From positions 9,920,001-9,984,000 of the forward strand of contig NC_043003.1 in the NCBI RefSeq assembly GCF_006345805.1: 64,000 nt of DNA, written 5' to 3'. Source of the stretch: Octopus sinensis. Lineage: Eukaryota. The position numbers and the translations under genes are program-made. Below the pieces are notes generated by a model. The model worked only from the letters and a program-made list of their open reading frames with translations, was not told the origin of the DNA and ran no database searches. Below, one piece after another: positions 1-13,818 of this stretch (positions are counted from its first letter, which is position 1; every line of letters begins with the position of its first letter).

Positions 1-792
1 ATAATGTAATTCATATATGACCCGAAGAAAAATAAAGAAGTAAATTCTAATTTACCTAACAAGGTTAATTAGCTTATTTTGCTTGTCTGCCTGATTGGCG
101 ATCGATTGACATAAGTATTGATCGATCTGTAGCTTGACTCGATACTGTTAATTAGATACTAGGCTTGTATTCCATTTTCAAAAAAAGCTGCTAGCGTATT
201 AGTTTTCTTCGAAACACGTTGCTCAGTGAAGTGATGCATGTATATGTGTGTGTGTGCGTGTGTTTGCATGTGTGTTAGTGTATGTGTGTATGTATGAATC
301 AAGTTATATATAAAACCAATTAAGCATTGAAAAAAAATCATAGTCAGAATTTTTTAAAGATAGCATATATTAATTAATTTTTGCAGAAAAATGTTGACAG
401 GGCCTACGATAAAAAGTTGAATATAATGAACACTTCGGAGTCACTGACAAACTTTTCGTTCCGCAGATTAATCACATATCTTTTCTCTTTTATGTATTTC
501 AGACATTGGAATGAGTCTGTGCAAGGGCATTCCCTTCGAGAGATAAGTTGAATAAATCAACCCCAATATCTGTTTCTTGTAAAGACTGGCTCTAATTCTG
601 TCGATATCGTTTGATAGGCTTCCATACAATTTCCGTGTACACGTTGTTCAAAAGGGAGCTTCATAACCATAGAGCAATACATGCACCTATGCATACTTAC
701 ACACACACGTACATGCATACATACCATCACATAAATATATATATATATATGTGTGTGTATATACATATATATTTATATGTGTGTGTGTATAA

Positions 793-847
<55 letters not shown>

Positions 848-941
848 GATATGAAAAAGGACCAAAGGTATTTTACCGAGTTATGGCTTCGTTAAAACGG
901 TCCTAGATACTTCTGAGTATATTCACCCTTCCTCAATATAT

Positions 942-1449
<508 letters not shown>

Positions 1450-1489
1450 TGTTTATAAAATATATTAGATCGCTAAATCTTTTTCATTT

Positions 1490-1650
1490 TATCTCCCCGT
1501 GTATTTCTGTGTTCCTTTCTGTCGAAGAGAGAAGGCTCGAAACATAAAATACTTTCTCACTTCCCGAGCGTTAAACTAATACATCTGTTTGTTGTTTACA
1601 AACCCGCCTTCGTCTTTTGTATTTTTTGTTTGTAAATTCTCACTAGCGTA
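1490..1650 (+). mobile_element. Penelope-type terminal-repeat fragment (family F) with hammerhead-like motif
   Basis: CTTT-CTGTCGA-AGAGA-GAAG-GCTC-GAAA-CATA-AAAT at 1515-1550, then the shared family-F tail (ttcccgagcgttaaactaatacatctgtttg) also seen at 8.4, 25.0, 25.3 and 35.2 kb. Confidence 0.65.
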
Positions 1651-2269
1651 TATAAAATTGGATAGTCTGGTCGGTCACGTGATATTCCACGTGATTATAT
1701 ATTTACGTATAGCTGCTGTATTTGTTGAGCGTTATAATCCCCTAATAGATACGCCAGGCTAATTGTTTTCTATAGAGAATACGATACAATGTTACACAAA
1801 GATAATGTCAATTATTGATATAATTTTTATGAATATTGAATTCCGAGAAGTGGAATTCAGTATTTAATTTGTAGCAATTGCTTCCAATTTTAAACTTAAT
1901 ACCTTCTATTGCATTTTATTCCAGGACTTTTAATATCTTCACGTTTACTATTTTCACAGACAAACCTATACTTACACACATATGTATATATACATATATA
2001 TATACACACATATATATGTGTGTGTGTGTGAATGTGTTTTATTTAACATATACCCGCATTATATTCCTCACTCGTATTATTATCGAACCAAATGTTTAAC
2101 TACGGTCCTTCCATAGCACTTATATAGCCTTACCTGCCACTTTGGGTCTTCGGGATACTAGTACCTCGCATATATATATGTATCCACATATATATATATA
2201 AGATAAATTAATTCCTCTGTAGTAATGCATTTTGCGGTAGAATTTCCACATATACTAGATTAAAGATGA

Positions 2270-2540
2270 ATATGGACGTAGTCAATGGAAAAAAGATGTT
2301 TCGATTTTACGACCTTGTGAACCACAAACGGAAAAGAACCTTTTCATCACGATGGATTATTAAAGGTTGCTTCTGGCGGAAAATGTTGTTGACAATGACA
2401 GATCACAAAACATTGATAAATGGGTCGCGTTTGTTGAATTGCTAAGTGTTTTGCAACTATTAGATTTTGGCGTGAATAACTTTTTAAGGACACGATGTGG
2501 GTGAAGATGAATAGATATGATTTGTAGGGGAGTAAAATCA
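2270..2540 (+). mobile_element. Possible decayed pogo/Tigger-like DDE transposase fragment
   Basis: Frameshifted translation ..LLLAENVVDNDRSQNID..SVLQLLDFGVNNF(F)KDTMW resembles the DDE_1 'LQPLDxGVNxxFKD' motif. Confidence 0.35.
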
Positions 2541-2646
2541 TAGACAAATGGACAGATAAGAATGTTGTACTACTACTCTCTCTCTCTCTGGCCCGTTGGT
2601 ATAACGTTAATCACAGAAAGAAATATATTCTGACTTTATACTAAGT

Positions 2647-2935
2647 CAGGAGTGGCTGTGTGGTAAGTAGCTTGCTTAACAACCACATAGTTCCGGGTTC
2701 ATTCTCACTGCGTGGAACCTTGGCCAAGTGTCTTCTACTATAGCCTCGGGCCGACCAAAGCCTTGTGAGTGGATTTGGTAGACGGAAACTGAAAGAAACC
2801 TGCCGTATATATATAATGATATTTATACTCCGACAGAATAAGTACTAGGCTTACAAAGAAAAGTCCTGCTCGACTAAAGGTGGTGCTCCAGCATGGCCGC
2901 TGTCAAATGACTGCAACAAGTAAAAAAAAGAAAGA
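2647..2935 (+). mobile_element. SINE-A (tRNA-derived head, CORE-like block, internal microsatellite), internally deleted
   Basis: caggagtggctgtgtggtaag..gggttcattctc..ccttggccaagtgtcttctactatagcc..ggtgctccagcatggccgc; many homologues in the window. Confidence 0.85.
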
Positions 2936-3307
2936 ATAACGTTCATGAAATGACGACGACGACGACGACTACGATGATGATTATGATGTTGATCATGATG
3001 ATGATGATGATGAAAACGCTGATGACGACGACAGCAATAATGAGAGAAGTAGGAAGAGGAAAAGACGAAGGAGAAGTACTACACATAATTACTAACAGTA
3101 TTGATGAGAATCTGTGCCATGGTACCAATAACTCTGATCATTAGGATGGTTTAGTCAGTACTGAAAGATGAAGAGCTGTGTAATTTTGCCAGATTTTTAA
3201 TGAACTTTTCTGATTGAATAAATAAATAAATAAATAAAATATATAAAATTTGCTATGCGATTGTAATTTAAAGTCAAATTAAATTTCTGTTTCAGTCTTG
3301 TATGCAT

Positions 3308-3725
3308 AGGCACAGACGTGGCTGTGTGGTAAGAAGCGTGCTTCCCAAGCACATGGTTCTGCGTTCGGTCCCATTGAGTGGCACCTTGAGAAATGTCTTC
3401 TACTATAGCCTCGAGCTGACCAAAGTCTTGTAAGTGGATTTGGTAAACGGAAACTGAAAGACGTCCACCACACACACACATCACACACACACAGACACAC
3501 ATATATATTCGTGTGCGTGTGGGGTTTTGTGTCTGTGGTTGTCCCCCACGCCGCCACCGCTTGACAACCGGTGTTGGCTTTTTTATGTCCCCGTAACGCA
3601 GCGGTTCGGCAAAATAGTACCAAGCTTAAGAAAAAATAAGTACTGGAGTTGATTCATTCGACTAAACTCCTTCGAGGAGTGCTCCAGCCTGGCTGCAGTC
3701 AAATGAGTGAAACAATTAAAATATA
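3308..3725 (+). mobile_element. SINE-A
   Basis: Head, internal (CA)/(TA) tract and tail all match the other SINE-A copies. Confidence 0.85.
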
Positions 3726-3811
3726 AAGGATGAAAATATAGATAATGGTTACGATATCATTATTTCTTCGCCGTTCTTATGACTTTTGTTTCAATATTTA
3801 TTGGCCCCTAA

Positions 3812-4043
3812 GGCGGCGAGCTGGCAGAAACGTTAGCACGCCGGCCGAAATACTTAGCGGTATGTTATCTGTCTTTACGTTCTGAGTTCAAATTCCGACA
3901 AGGTCGACTTTGCTTTCATTCATTCAGGGTCGATAAATTCCAATAAATTGCGTACCAGTTGTGTACTGGGGACGATCTAATCAACTAGCCCCCTCCCACA
4001 AAATTTCGAGCCTTGTACCTAGAGTAGAAAAGTAGAAAAGAAG
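3812..4043 (+). mobile_element. SINE-B (tail type B1) with target-site duplication
   Basis: ggcggcgagctggcagaaacgttagc head, B-box gagttcaaattcc; flanked by atttattggcccc(c)taa at 3796-3811 and 4044-4060. Confidence 0.9.
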
Positions 4044-4452
4044 ATTTATTGGCCCCCTAATGTATTCAATTATCTCATTACAATTGAAAACATCTGTAAA
4101 CGGTTTACAACGAGTTTGGTGGAGCTATTTGATCAAAATCTAAGTAAAACAAAACATTTGGTAGACCTACGGGGCCACAATTAATTAGGCATAACAAATA
4201 TGATGCTATGTAAATCATTTCTACCTTTTGCCTGGTTACTAATTTGACAGCAACCAAGTGAAAGATTTAGCCGAACAAAGTGAATCTAGTATTTATGTTT
4301 GAAGCCTAGTATTTTATAAAATTATGATCCTACCATTTTTTGCCAACATTCTCCCTAAAACCTTGTTTCAAGCAGCAGAGGGAGATAAACACAACTACGA
4401 AGCAATCACTTCAAACAAGACAATCGGTCATACCGAACCCATACACCAGTAT

Positions 4453-4552
4453 NNNNNNNNNNNNNNNNNNNNNNNNNNNNNNNNNNNNNNNNNNNNNNNN
4501 NNNNNNNNNNNNNNNNNNNNNNNNNNNNNNNNNNNNNNNNNNNNNNNNNNNN
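4453..4552. other. Assembly gap (100 N)
   Basis: Run of N. Confidence 1.
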
Positions 4553-4811
4553 ACTGCGACTGCTGTCAGCCACTGACCATTCAAAACACGACCATCAAGG
4601 CATTCCCAGATTTCCCCATCCCCTCTCCACATCAGCCTCCTTATTCTATCTACACCTACCCTACCAAGAACTCACAACGACCTCGAACACACAAGTGCAA
4701 ACAAAGGGTGTCAGAGAAAGGCAGAATGCTACTTATATCTGAACACTACTATAGAAATATTCTTTTAAAAAAACTTTTCTTCTATTTTTTCTAAATTTAA
4801 TTATTTAATCG

Positions 4812-4975
4812 TTACAGTTGAAAAGGTCTCAAAATGACCGAAACCGGTACTGAAAGATTCACTATAAAATTTCTTTCCTTTCCTTAGCGTCCAATAACAC
4901 TATACTTGTTCCACGTCCTCGCGTTGTTGTGTTTTCCTGTTTGTGTTTCCATGTTTGGATTAACTATATATATAT
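4812..4975 (+). mobile_element. Penelope-type terminal-repeat fragment: degenerate hammerhead joined to family-E tail
   Basis: TTACAG-TTGAAAA-GGTC-loop-GACC-GAAA-CCGGTA-CTGAAA, then agcgtccaataa..ttccacgtcctcgcgttgttgtg..ggattaact(at)n. Confidence 0.6.
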
Positions 4976-5309
4976 ATAATATACTATTGAACACTAGGAC
5001 TCAAAACCTGTTACTATGGAATACAAATGACCAAGGTTATAAAATGTCGCCCTTCAACGGGACACCGGTTCCTTGTGAGGTTCACAGCCATCAATGTTTG
5101 AGTGGACGGAACGAGATGATTACATCATGACCACTACTTCACTGGTACGCTAATTTAGCGACCTCTGAGGGACGAAAGGCAAAGTTGTCCTCGATTGGAT
5201 TTGAACTCAGAACGGTAAACGCCTGAAGACACGCCGAGAAGTCTTATGTGATAATGATTCTTCCAGCTCGTTTTGTATGTGTGCATGTGTATGGGTGTGT
5301 GTGTTTGTT

Positions 5310-5366
<57 letters not shown>

Positions 5367-6073
5367 TGCGCGTGTGTATTTGTGCATGTCTGTGTATGTA
5401 AGCATTTCGTTATATGGATATGTATATAGAACATAAAGTGTATGCCTTGTGCGGACGCTAATACGCTGATAGAGTATTTTCTTTCTTGGTGTGCAGTCGT
5501 AATTTTCTACCGAAGAATTAAGAGTTTGTTACTGTACTCTATTTTAGTACCGAATCACCTATGCAGCTAATAGCCATGTTAGAGATACGGAAGTCTTCTT
5601 TATGTCGATAAGTAATTTTCATTGAGAAAATTTCCAAGACCTTTCTTTACAATACTTAAAAAAAACAACTTCAAACCGAATTTGCCCTCATAAAAAGACT
5701 CGTTTCCCACACAATAACTTAATGGATGTTTAAAGGCTTATAAAGTAATGGTGTTGTAAGCGAGATCAATGATTCACTAAGTATTTATGATATAGATTAT
5801 GGATGTACGTTTGTCACCAGAGATAGATTTCTTTGGATATGAATAAGTCCTGCAATCGTGCATCTTTTGTTTGTTTTTCTTATTGGACTGTGGCCAAGCT
5901 GGAGCACCGCTTTAAAGCGTTTAGTTAAAAAAGTCGACCCCAGTGTTTATGATTTATCGCTAAGCCTCGTATTTATTCTCTTGTTCTCTTCTGTAGTTGT
6001 GCCGTACCACATATGTACACATATATATGTGTGCATATATGCATATATGTATATATATAAATTATATATAATA

Positions 6074-6163
<90 letters not shown>

Positions 6164-6173
6164 TGTGTGTGTA

Positions 6174-6219
<46 letters not shown>

Positions 6220-6348
6220 CTGACAAAGGGCTCCGCTCGAAACGTAAAACCCTCCTTCTTCCTTCCTTCCTGAGCGTCCAATAATACTATATTTGCTTCA
6301 CGTCCTCGCGTTGTTGTGTTTTCTCTTTGTGTTTTCATGTTTAGATTA

Positions 6349-6355
<7 letters not shown>
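6220..6355 (+). mobile_element. Penelope-type terminal-repeat fragment (family E) with hammerhead-like motif
   Basis: CTGACAA-AGGGC-TCC-GCTC-GAAA-CGTA-AAAC plus family-E tail ending in (TA)n. Confidence 0.65.
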
Positions 6356-6401
<46 letters not shown>

Positions 6402-6416
6402 CATACATACATACAA

Positions 6417-6447
<31 letters not shown>

Positions 6448-6750
6448 CAACAAATTCATTCACAAGACATAGGTCAACCAGGCTACAGTAAAAGGCACCT
6501 GAGGTGTCTCGAAACACGTTGAGGCAACGCCAGCCTCCTCACCGAACCGACCTGTAATTAATGGACTTACAGTCGTGACCACTTTGTATGTTATAGGTTA
6601 TTGGTGGAACATTAAGTTATATGTATTATGTTCAACACAACAGAATATAATTTGGAAAGATATTTGATTGATATCTCGAGCAGGTCAAGCGGTCAAGTAG
6701 ACATTCTATATTTGTCTCAACACCCCTTTCTCTCTCCGTTTATATACACA

Positions 6751-6900
6751 GAAGGTGGTTGGCTAAGTGGTTAGGGCATTTGGCTCAAGGTAGTAAGTTC
6801 GTGAGTTCGATACTTATTAGTCTATTGTGTCTTTGAGTAAGAGATTCTATTTCGCGAAACTCCAGCCCACTCAGCTAACAAAAATGAGTTGTACCATTAT
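6751..6900 (+). mobile_element. Decayed SINE-C2 5' part
   Basis: tggctaagtggttagggcatttggc..gagttcgat..tgtgtctttgagtaag..cactcagct..aaaaatgagt matches the 9225-9512 copy. Confidence 0.6.
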
Positions 6901-8384
6901 ACGAATGTGCCATCCTTACAACTTTCTGTGTCACACCGAATCTCCTCCAGAAGTACGATAAAGGTAGGCGTGTCTGTGGAGTGCCCTGCCATTTGCCGGT
7001 TAATTTTATTAGCAGGTTGTACCGTTAATCAGATGAACTGGAACAGTCATACTAATGTACAATCGTCTACAAAGTATTAAATATCAGCATACAGTTATCT
7101 CTACACAGAGGTAAAATATCAAGATACAGAGACCTGCATATCAATATTTAGGTCTTGAAATTGTTGCATGAAATCTGTGCAACCATTGATTTCCATCTTG
7201 ACGTCTGAACACTGGATAAGAATCGATTTAGAATTTATGAATTTTTTTACAAGCTTATCGCTTTCATCTGATCAGTTGTATCTACTGAACAGTGCATATA
7301 ATTTGATTGTCTCTCTCTATCTCCATCTGTCTTTCTTTTTCTGTTTTCTCCCACTTTTTTCTTTCTCTCTCACACTTTTTGTGAATGTCCACATAGATAA
7401 TAATTCAAATCTGTTCTAATGTGTGTATATGAATGTCCATATACATTATGTAGGCATTGTACTTAATGATACAGACCTCTGTTTTTCTACTTTTGCAAAT
7501 ATTTATATTCAAATATTTTTAAGAGAGTGACATATCAGAATTTTTAAGAAGACAAAATTTTAACGGCGGATAGCAGGAGATTCAGTGTCTATATATACTG
7601 AATTGTTTTGTGTTTCCATACGTGTCATCATTAAAATCATGTTCGCATTCTAAAAGCAATGAAACACTATCTTCGTAAAGCAAAATTATGGACGGAAAGC
7701 AAAGCTCACACAGAGTGGTAGCAATAGAATAGGGAAATGTATTGCTTCTGACAACCAGCGAGTACAACCACAAAATTCATCTCAAAGCTACACCACGACT
7801 TTGTCAACCCTGTGTTAACCAAAACCGTTCGTTGGGAGCTTGTGTTTAGACAATCAGGCGTGGTCAATGGCTCAATAGAACAATTTCATCTCCGATTAAT
7901 CATCATTGACCCTTTTATACAAATGCATGCAGTGTTTGTCCTGATGAAGTAGAATATCACTTTATTTCCAGTGCACCGTTTAAACAGGATTTACTAGCAA
8001 TTTACACGCTAATGGAAGTGTTTTCAATCCCAAAACCGCAGGACTAGTCTGATTAGTCTGATAAATGCCGTACAATATAATCAATCGCCACACAATGTGT
8101 AAATTTTTACATTGAATCATTTATATGTAATGGCCTTAGAAACTGTGAAGTACATAACAATTGTGACTAATAATAAAGTTGGGCGAAATTCATTTTTCCG
8201 TTTCTCATATATGTATATATATATATAGACGCCCACAGACGATGAAGTAGGCTAGCCCAATACGCAGATATAGGGGGAGAAGTCTAGACGTCGAGGAGTT
8301 GAGTAGAGGTCATTCGAACGTGCGATATAACAGTGATGACTAGGATTTCATAGCTCACACAGCCACTGTATAGTATAGCGATAT

Positions 8385-8540
8385 AACACTTTCTGTGTTC
8401 ATTTCTGTGGAATAGCGTAGGCTCGAAACTTTAGACTTTTTTCACTTCCCGAGCGTTATACTAATACGTCTGTTTGTTGTCTACACCACCTGTCTTCGTT
8501 TTTTGTTGTTTTCTTTTTTTTAATTCTATTCTCCCCCATT
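8385..8540 (+). mobile_element. Family F terminal-repeat fragment, degenerate hammerhead
   Basis: CTGTGGA-ATAGC-GTAG-GCTC-GAAAC at 8405-8429; family-F tail ends in (TA)n. Confidence 0.6.
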
Positions 8541-9109
8541 ATATATATATATATATATATATATATACCATAACACAAATGGTCTGTGGTCCATTACGTG
8601 TTTCAGACGTGTTTACATTGATGAAAAAACCAATTACATCAGGTAAAAAAAAAATCGTTAACAGGCACCGAGATGAGAAAGTCCATATAAATTCTATACT
8701 ACTTGTATGAAAAATTCCCAAGTTCTATATTAATTTGAATTCACCTGAATGAAACGGCGTTTACATTTTTTTTTTTACATAAAGAAAACACATTTGAAAC
8801 AGCTGTAGTGAACCTCAGCCCATTCGTGTTACTATTTATACAACACCAGACTGGAAACCTTTCCTACCTAGGATCTTTAAGCTACAGTAGACCGTGGAAT
8901 GCATAGCGGAACTTAATCTGGTGCCATTTTACGTATAGATTGAGTTTAGTTGCTCTGTAAATGTGGATGTATGCGAAACTAGAAGGACAAATCCGTATAT
9001 ATTCTTGTATGTATGTGAGTGTCCGTACACATTGTTACTACACTGGCATGCTGTCCTTGACATATACATATATAAATATATATATATATTTATATATATA
9101 TATATACAC

Positions 9110-9140
<31 letters not shown>

Positions 9141-9224
9141 TGTATGTATGTATGTATGTATGTATGTATGTATGTATGTATGTAGGTGAGTGTGTCTGTA
9201 TGTGCATATATATACATATGGGTC

Positions 9225-9512
9225 CCAGCTGATGCGATCGCCGGAACAGCATGAAATTCACGTGCAAGTCGCTGAGCGCTCCAAGGAAACGTGTAACCTT
9301 GAAGTAGTTCTCAGGGACTTTCAGCATGACACAGAATTTGACAAGGCTGGCCCTTTGAAATACAGGTACTACTCATTTTTTTGGCAGCTGAGTGGACTGA
9401 AGCAACGTGAAATAAAGTGTCTTGCTTAAGGACACAATGCGTTGGCAGGAATTGAACTCGCGACCTGACGATCGTGAGCCGAATGCCCTAACCACTAAGC
9501 CACGTGCCTTCA
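9225..9512 (-). mobile_element. SINE-C2 (tRNA-derived, about 285 bp; possibly the Octopus OR2 family)
   Basis: Minus strand: ggcacgtggcttagtggttagggcattcggctcacgatcgtcaggtcgcgagttcaattcc (A/B boxes); 3' half shared with SINE-C. The OR2 name is from memory of family size, unverified. Confidence 0.8.
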
Positions 9513-9679
9513 CACACACACACACACATATGTTTGCATGTATAGATAGATAGAAAGGCAGACAGACAGACAGACAGATAGACAGACAGACAGGCAGAGA
9601 AGCAGGCAGGCAGGCAGGCAGACAGACAGACAGATAGATAGATAAATAGATAGAAAGATAGATACATAGACAGACAGAC

Positions 9680-9733
<54 letters not shown>

Positions 9734-9764
9734 TAAATACATACATACATGCATACATACAAAG

Positions 9765-9795
<31 letters not shown>

Positions 9796-9810
9796 CATAC
9801 ATACATACAC
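9513..9810. repeat. Compound microsatellite (CA, GATA, GACA, GGCA, CATA)
   Basis: Direct reading. Confidence 0.95.
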
Positions 9811-10619
9811 GCGTTCATAAATATATTCATAAACGTGTTTGAATGCATCAGTAAGAGAACATTTAATATATATAATTTTCTCTCACTTTTCTCTTAACCA
9901 CTCAATAATACACTTAGAAACACGAACTGTATTTTGTCTAGTATTACTGGTCAAAGGGAAGATATTCAAAGATCATCTGAAATCCATTAGTGGTTTAGTT
10001 TTGCGTCAATTTTAAAACGATACGCCATATAAAATAACCAACTGTTTGTAACCCTCCAATTCCTTCTTTGCAATGCACCGTACACCACTAACCTGTATAG
10101 TTCTATTTCGTATCCCACACATCTTATAAAAAAAACAATTGCAACAGGAATGCCCAGTTGAGGCACTTGGGAAACATACACTGCTCAGTTGTTGTCCTTG
10201 GCCCAATTGTTAACGCTTTTCCACTCCTTATCCTCTTCTTTCTTTCTCCTCCTCCTCTGCCGCCGCCGCCGCGTCTTGCATGCTTTTATTGTACAAAAGG
10301 ACACAGCTTTGTGTTCCTTTGTTAATATGTAGTGGTATATTTTCGTTTCCCAGTATAGTGAAATTTCTATGCACAATTCTAATTACGCTGGAACAGGTAA
10401 ATCTATAACATACCAGTCCTATGTTGAGAAGTAATATGTACGAAAGGGTGTATTTGACAGTTTCTAGTCGCCATTAGCAGAAATGTTATAAGAAGGAAAT
10501 ATTTCAATTAAGACATTATTGAAGGAGGTTGAGTCAGAATCATGTAAAAGAAAACAATCATACTTTCAGGCAATATAGGTTTCACGGATCGTCATTATTT
10601 CGTAAAATATAATACGAAA

Positions 10620-11350
10620 TACAAGGTGCATTCCCGAAGGTTTGGGACTTATTCCGGAGGAAGATTGAGGAAATATGAAACTCTAATCTCCTTCAAAGTA
10701 AGACCCTCTGACCTCAATACACTTGTAGAGCTGCAGCCACTTTGTGAAGTCCCTATGAATGTACTCCAGTGTAAATGTTTCCACAGACCTTGTGACCGCG
10801 TCGTTCATCTTTTCAATGTCTTTAAAATAAAAAGGCCCTGAGGCCCTCATTCAGTTTGGGGAACAACCAAAATTCACAAGGAAAAGGGCAGGACTGCAGA
10901 AAGGCTGAGTGACGTTTTTGATGTCCATCACTGTCAAGTACTTGGTTACCAAAATGGAATTGTGAACTGGTGCACTGTCCTGGTGCAGACGTCACTGACC
11001 CGAGTGGAAGGTCTCTGGCCTTTTGCGATATCTCTACCTGAAGTCTATCAGCATCTCACCTTTGTTGACCGTCTGGCCAGACGGAACCCAATCGATGTAG
11101 GTGATGCCTTTGCTGTCGAAAAGTCGAATCATCAAGTGCTTCCAGTTGGACTTACTTTGCCTTGTGGTTTTGGGTCTGGTGAGGAGGGGAGATTCTTCTA
11201 ATGATCACTCTGTCTCTTAGTCTTTGGATCATAACGGTACAGATATCTTTACAAGTCACAAGAGCGTCAAGTAAACCATACAATATAATTTCCAGGAGAT
11301 GTTGACTCTGCTCCGAGGAATCCCTGTTTATTCTGTAGGTCAATGAGAAG
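10620..11350 (-). mobile_element. Decayed mariner transposon (catalytic domain and 3' end)
   Basis: Frameshifted minus translation includes YDPKTKRQS, FDSKGITYIDWVPSGQTVNK, LHQDSAPVH, EFWLFPKL, KCIEVRGSYFEGD. Confidence 0.8.
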
Positions 11351-11783
11351 ATCATTAAAAGAATTTCTGAAAGACTGCCAAGATACCTACATAAAATGTA
11401 CATTCGCACAATGCAGTGAGAATGAATTTGAGTAACTTTTAACATAATATACTTTGAGCTATGAATAAATTAAGTTTAGTTTTAACCTCCCCGTTTACAT
11501 AAACAAGTAGCAATTTAAGTCGCTACGTGAACGTGTGTGCACTAAACCACACGTGTGCGTACGCTTACATTTTCGTGGATACTTGCATCAGCGAGTATTC
11601 ATACGTTCATAACGGTTATTTTAAAGACCTTTCTCGCTTTATTGCGTATTCGTTTCTTTCTGGCATTTGTTATTTTATTTTTGATAAATATAAATGAAGT
11701 TGTATCCTCATTTTACTGCTTCTCTTTACGCGAAATGAAAAGATACATTGCGGAACTGTTATTTTAACGACATCTATCTATTT

Positions 11784-11888
11784 ATCACCTGAAGAGACAC
11801 ATGTGCACCTTCGGATGCTCCTCAACCAGTGGCTAAGTCTCCCTCCAAGAGGCATCGATGTTATATGTCTCGAAACAATTGCCATGAT
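11784..11888 (+). ncRNA. Hammerhead-like motif with long helix II (degenerate)
   Basis: ATCAC-CTGAAGA-GACACAT..ATATGTCTC-GAAA-CAATTG-CC-ATGAT; cleavage triplet reads GCC rather than GUC. Confidence 0.45.
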
Positions 11889-12007
11889 CAATAAAAATTC
11901 TCGTACCTTCCATCAACCGTCTTTCATTTACCATATACATAACGAACACTGTAAAAGTGACCATGCTTTACCAGTAAGCTACAAAGTATAAACCATTCGC
12001 TTTGTTA

Positions 12008-12049
<42 letters not shown>

Positions 12050-12134
12050 TATATATAATATATTATATATATATATTATTAGTAAATTGAAGAAATGGAG
12101 TTGAACGAAGATTGAACAGAAATCGTTTTATTGC

Positions 12135-12216
12135 ATTCTACACGTGTTTCGAAAGGCACAATTTACCAAATTCCGAATGAATAATGAGACCATATTGTGT
12201 CTTTCTCTTCAGGAAG
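12135..12216 (-). ncRNA. Type-I hammerhead motif, intact core, 12-bp helix II
   Basis: Minus: TTC-CTGAAGA-GAAAGACACAAT-(31 nt)-ATTGTGCCTTTC-GAA-ACACGTGT-A-GAA; 11 of 12 helix II pairs, 8-nt palindromic helix III, GUA site. Confidence 0.75.
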
Positions 12217-12979
12217 AAATAGGAAATCCGTTGGAATAAACAAAAACAGAACAGAGGCAGAGCAAAACAAATCGAACGAGGCTCCTAAGAGCCCATGGCC
12301 AAACTGTTTATCAATGTATGTTGAAAACTGGTGGTGGGTGCGTTGAGGATTTTAACGGGTCAGGCAGCGGTCATTCCGGTGGGTGAGGGCACGGAGTGCG
12401 TAGATGTTCTTTGTGACCGAGACTAAAGTTCTGACTATTTAAAGAATATTAGGTGTATTATATGGGGCGAGCCAAAATCTACTTAGAGACATGTGTGTGT
12501 GTACTGTTCTATATATGTGTGCGGCCGCAAGTTGGTAAGAAGCGCTACATTCTGGTCACTGCTGAGAAATCCGTCAAGGGGTAGAAAACATTTTATGTGT
12601 ACGTGTGTGCGTTTGATCGCGCGGCCGTCAGTTGGTAAACAGCTCTACACAATGGTCACTGCTGTAAAATCCGTCGGGCGGCAGAAAAATATTTTATGTG
12701 TGCGTGTGTTCGTCTAATCATGCCTTGTCAAAGAACCCCCCCCCCGTCGCCAAAAACAAAAACAAAAACAAAAAACAAAACCCCATTCATCTCCCAGGAG
12801 TAATTCCCCTTGTAATGGTTAATCATATTTCTATTAAAAGCTATATATATATATATATATATACATATGTATGTATGTATATGAAATATATAAGAATGTA
12901 TGCATATAATATATAGAAAAATATATATGTATGATGTATGTACGTATGTATGCATATATATATGTAATATGTATATATA

Positions 12980-13066
<87 letters not shown>

Positions 13067-13818
13067 TAATAGATAGATAGAATGATAGATTGATAGATAG
13101 ATAGATAGATAGATATATAGATAGATAGATAATGTTTATATGTGTGTGTGTGTATATATGTATGTATGTATGTATGCTTAAGCAGCGTGTTTTTGAATTG
13201 GTGCTCGTGTATATAACTGTATGTCTATACGTGGTTTTATGTATATGTGCTCACCCTAACAGTTATTCTATTACAAATGAATAAAAACTCAACAATACTA
13301 TCTAACCGGATACTTGAAGCTAGTATTCTTGAAGAAATATTTCTACTTCACTTCAGATCTTCTTCCGATCAAATAGAATTCTTTTGAATGAAATATGTTT
13401 GGTATTCTTATGAGATAATAACCGTCTGCTGTCTTGACTCCGAAAACGCTTTGGCGAAGGATTCTCTCTACTATCTAATTGAATATACTGATGTATTGTC
13501 TTAAAGTTCATGTATATTATTGTTTTTGCCAAGGCTCCGGGTCGCATGAGATTCGTTTTACACTGACAGGGGAAAATTTGAGGCTGTGTAGCGAGATAGA
13601 TTCATTCGTTTCCCTTGGTATAATTACATTCAAGTTGTAAAAATGACAAATAGAAATTGCATATTCATTCAAGGAGCTACGTAAAAGAGGTTATCTATCC
13701 CTACGTGTGTGTGTTATGCGTATTTGTATTTATTCCCCTATGTATATAATATGAGGAAGTTCAGATAAATAATGGTTACAATACAATGGAAAAATAGAAT
13801 ATATTCATATATATTCGT

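Noticed and set aside
1676-1703. Paired CACGTG E-boxes
   Set aside because: Short motifs are expected by chance; no promoter context.
7941-7990. CTGATGA hammerhead core
   Set aside because: No convincing helix II and no downstream GAAA/NUH.
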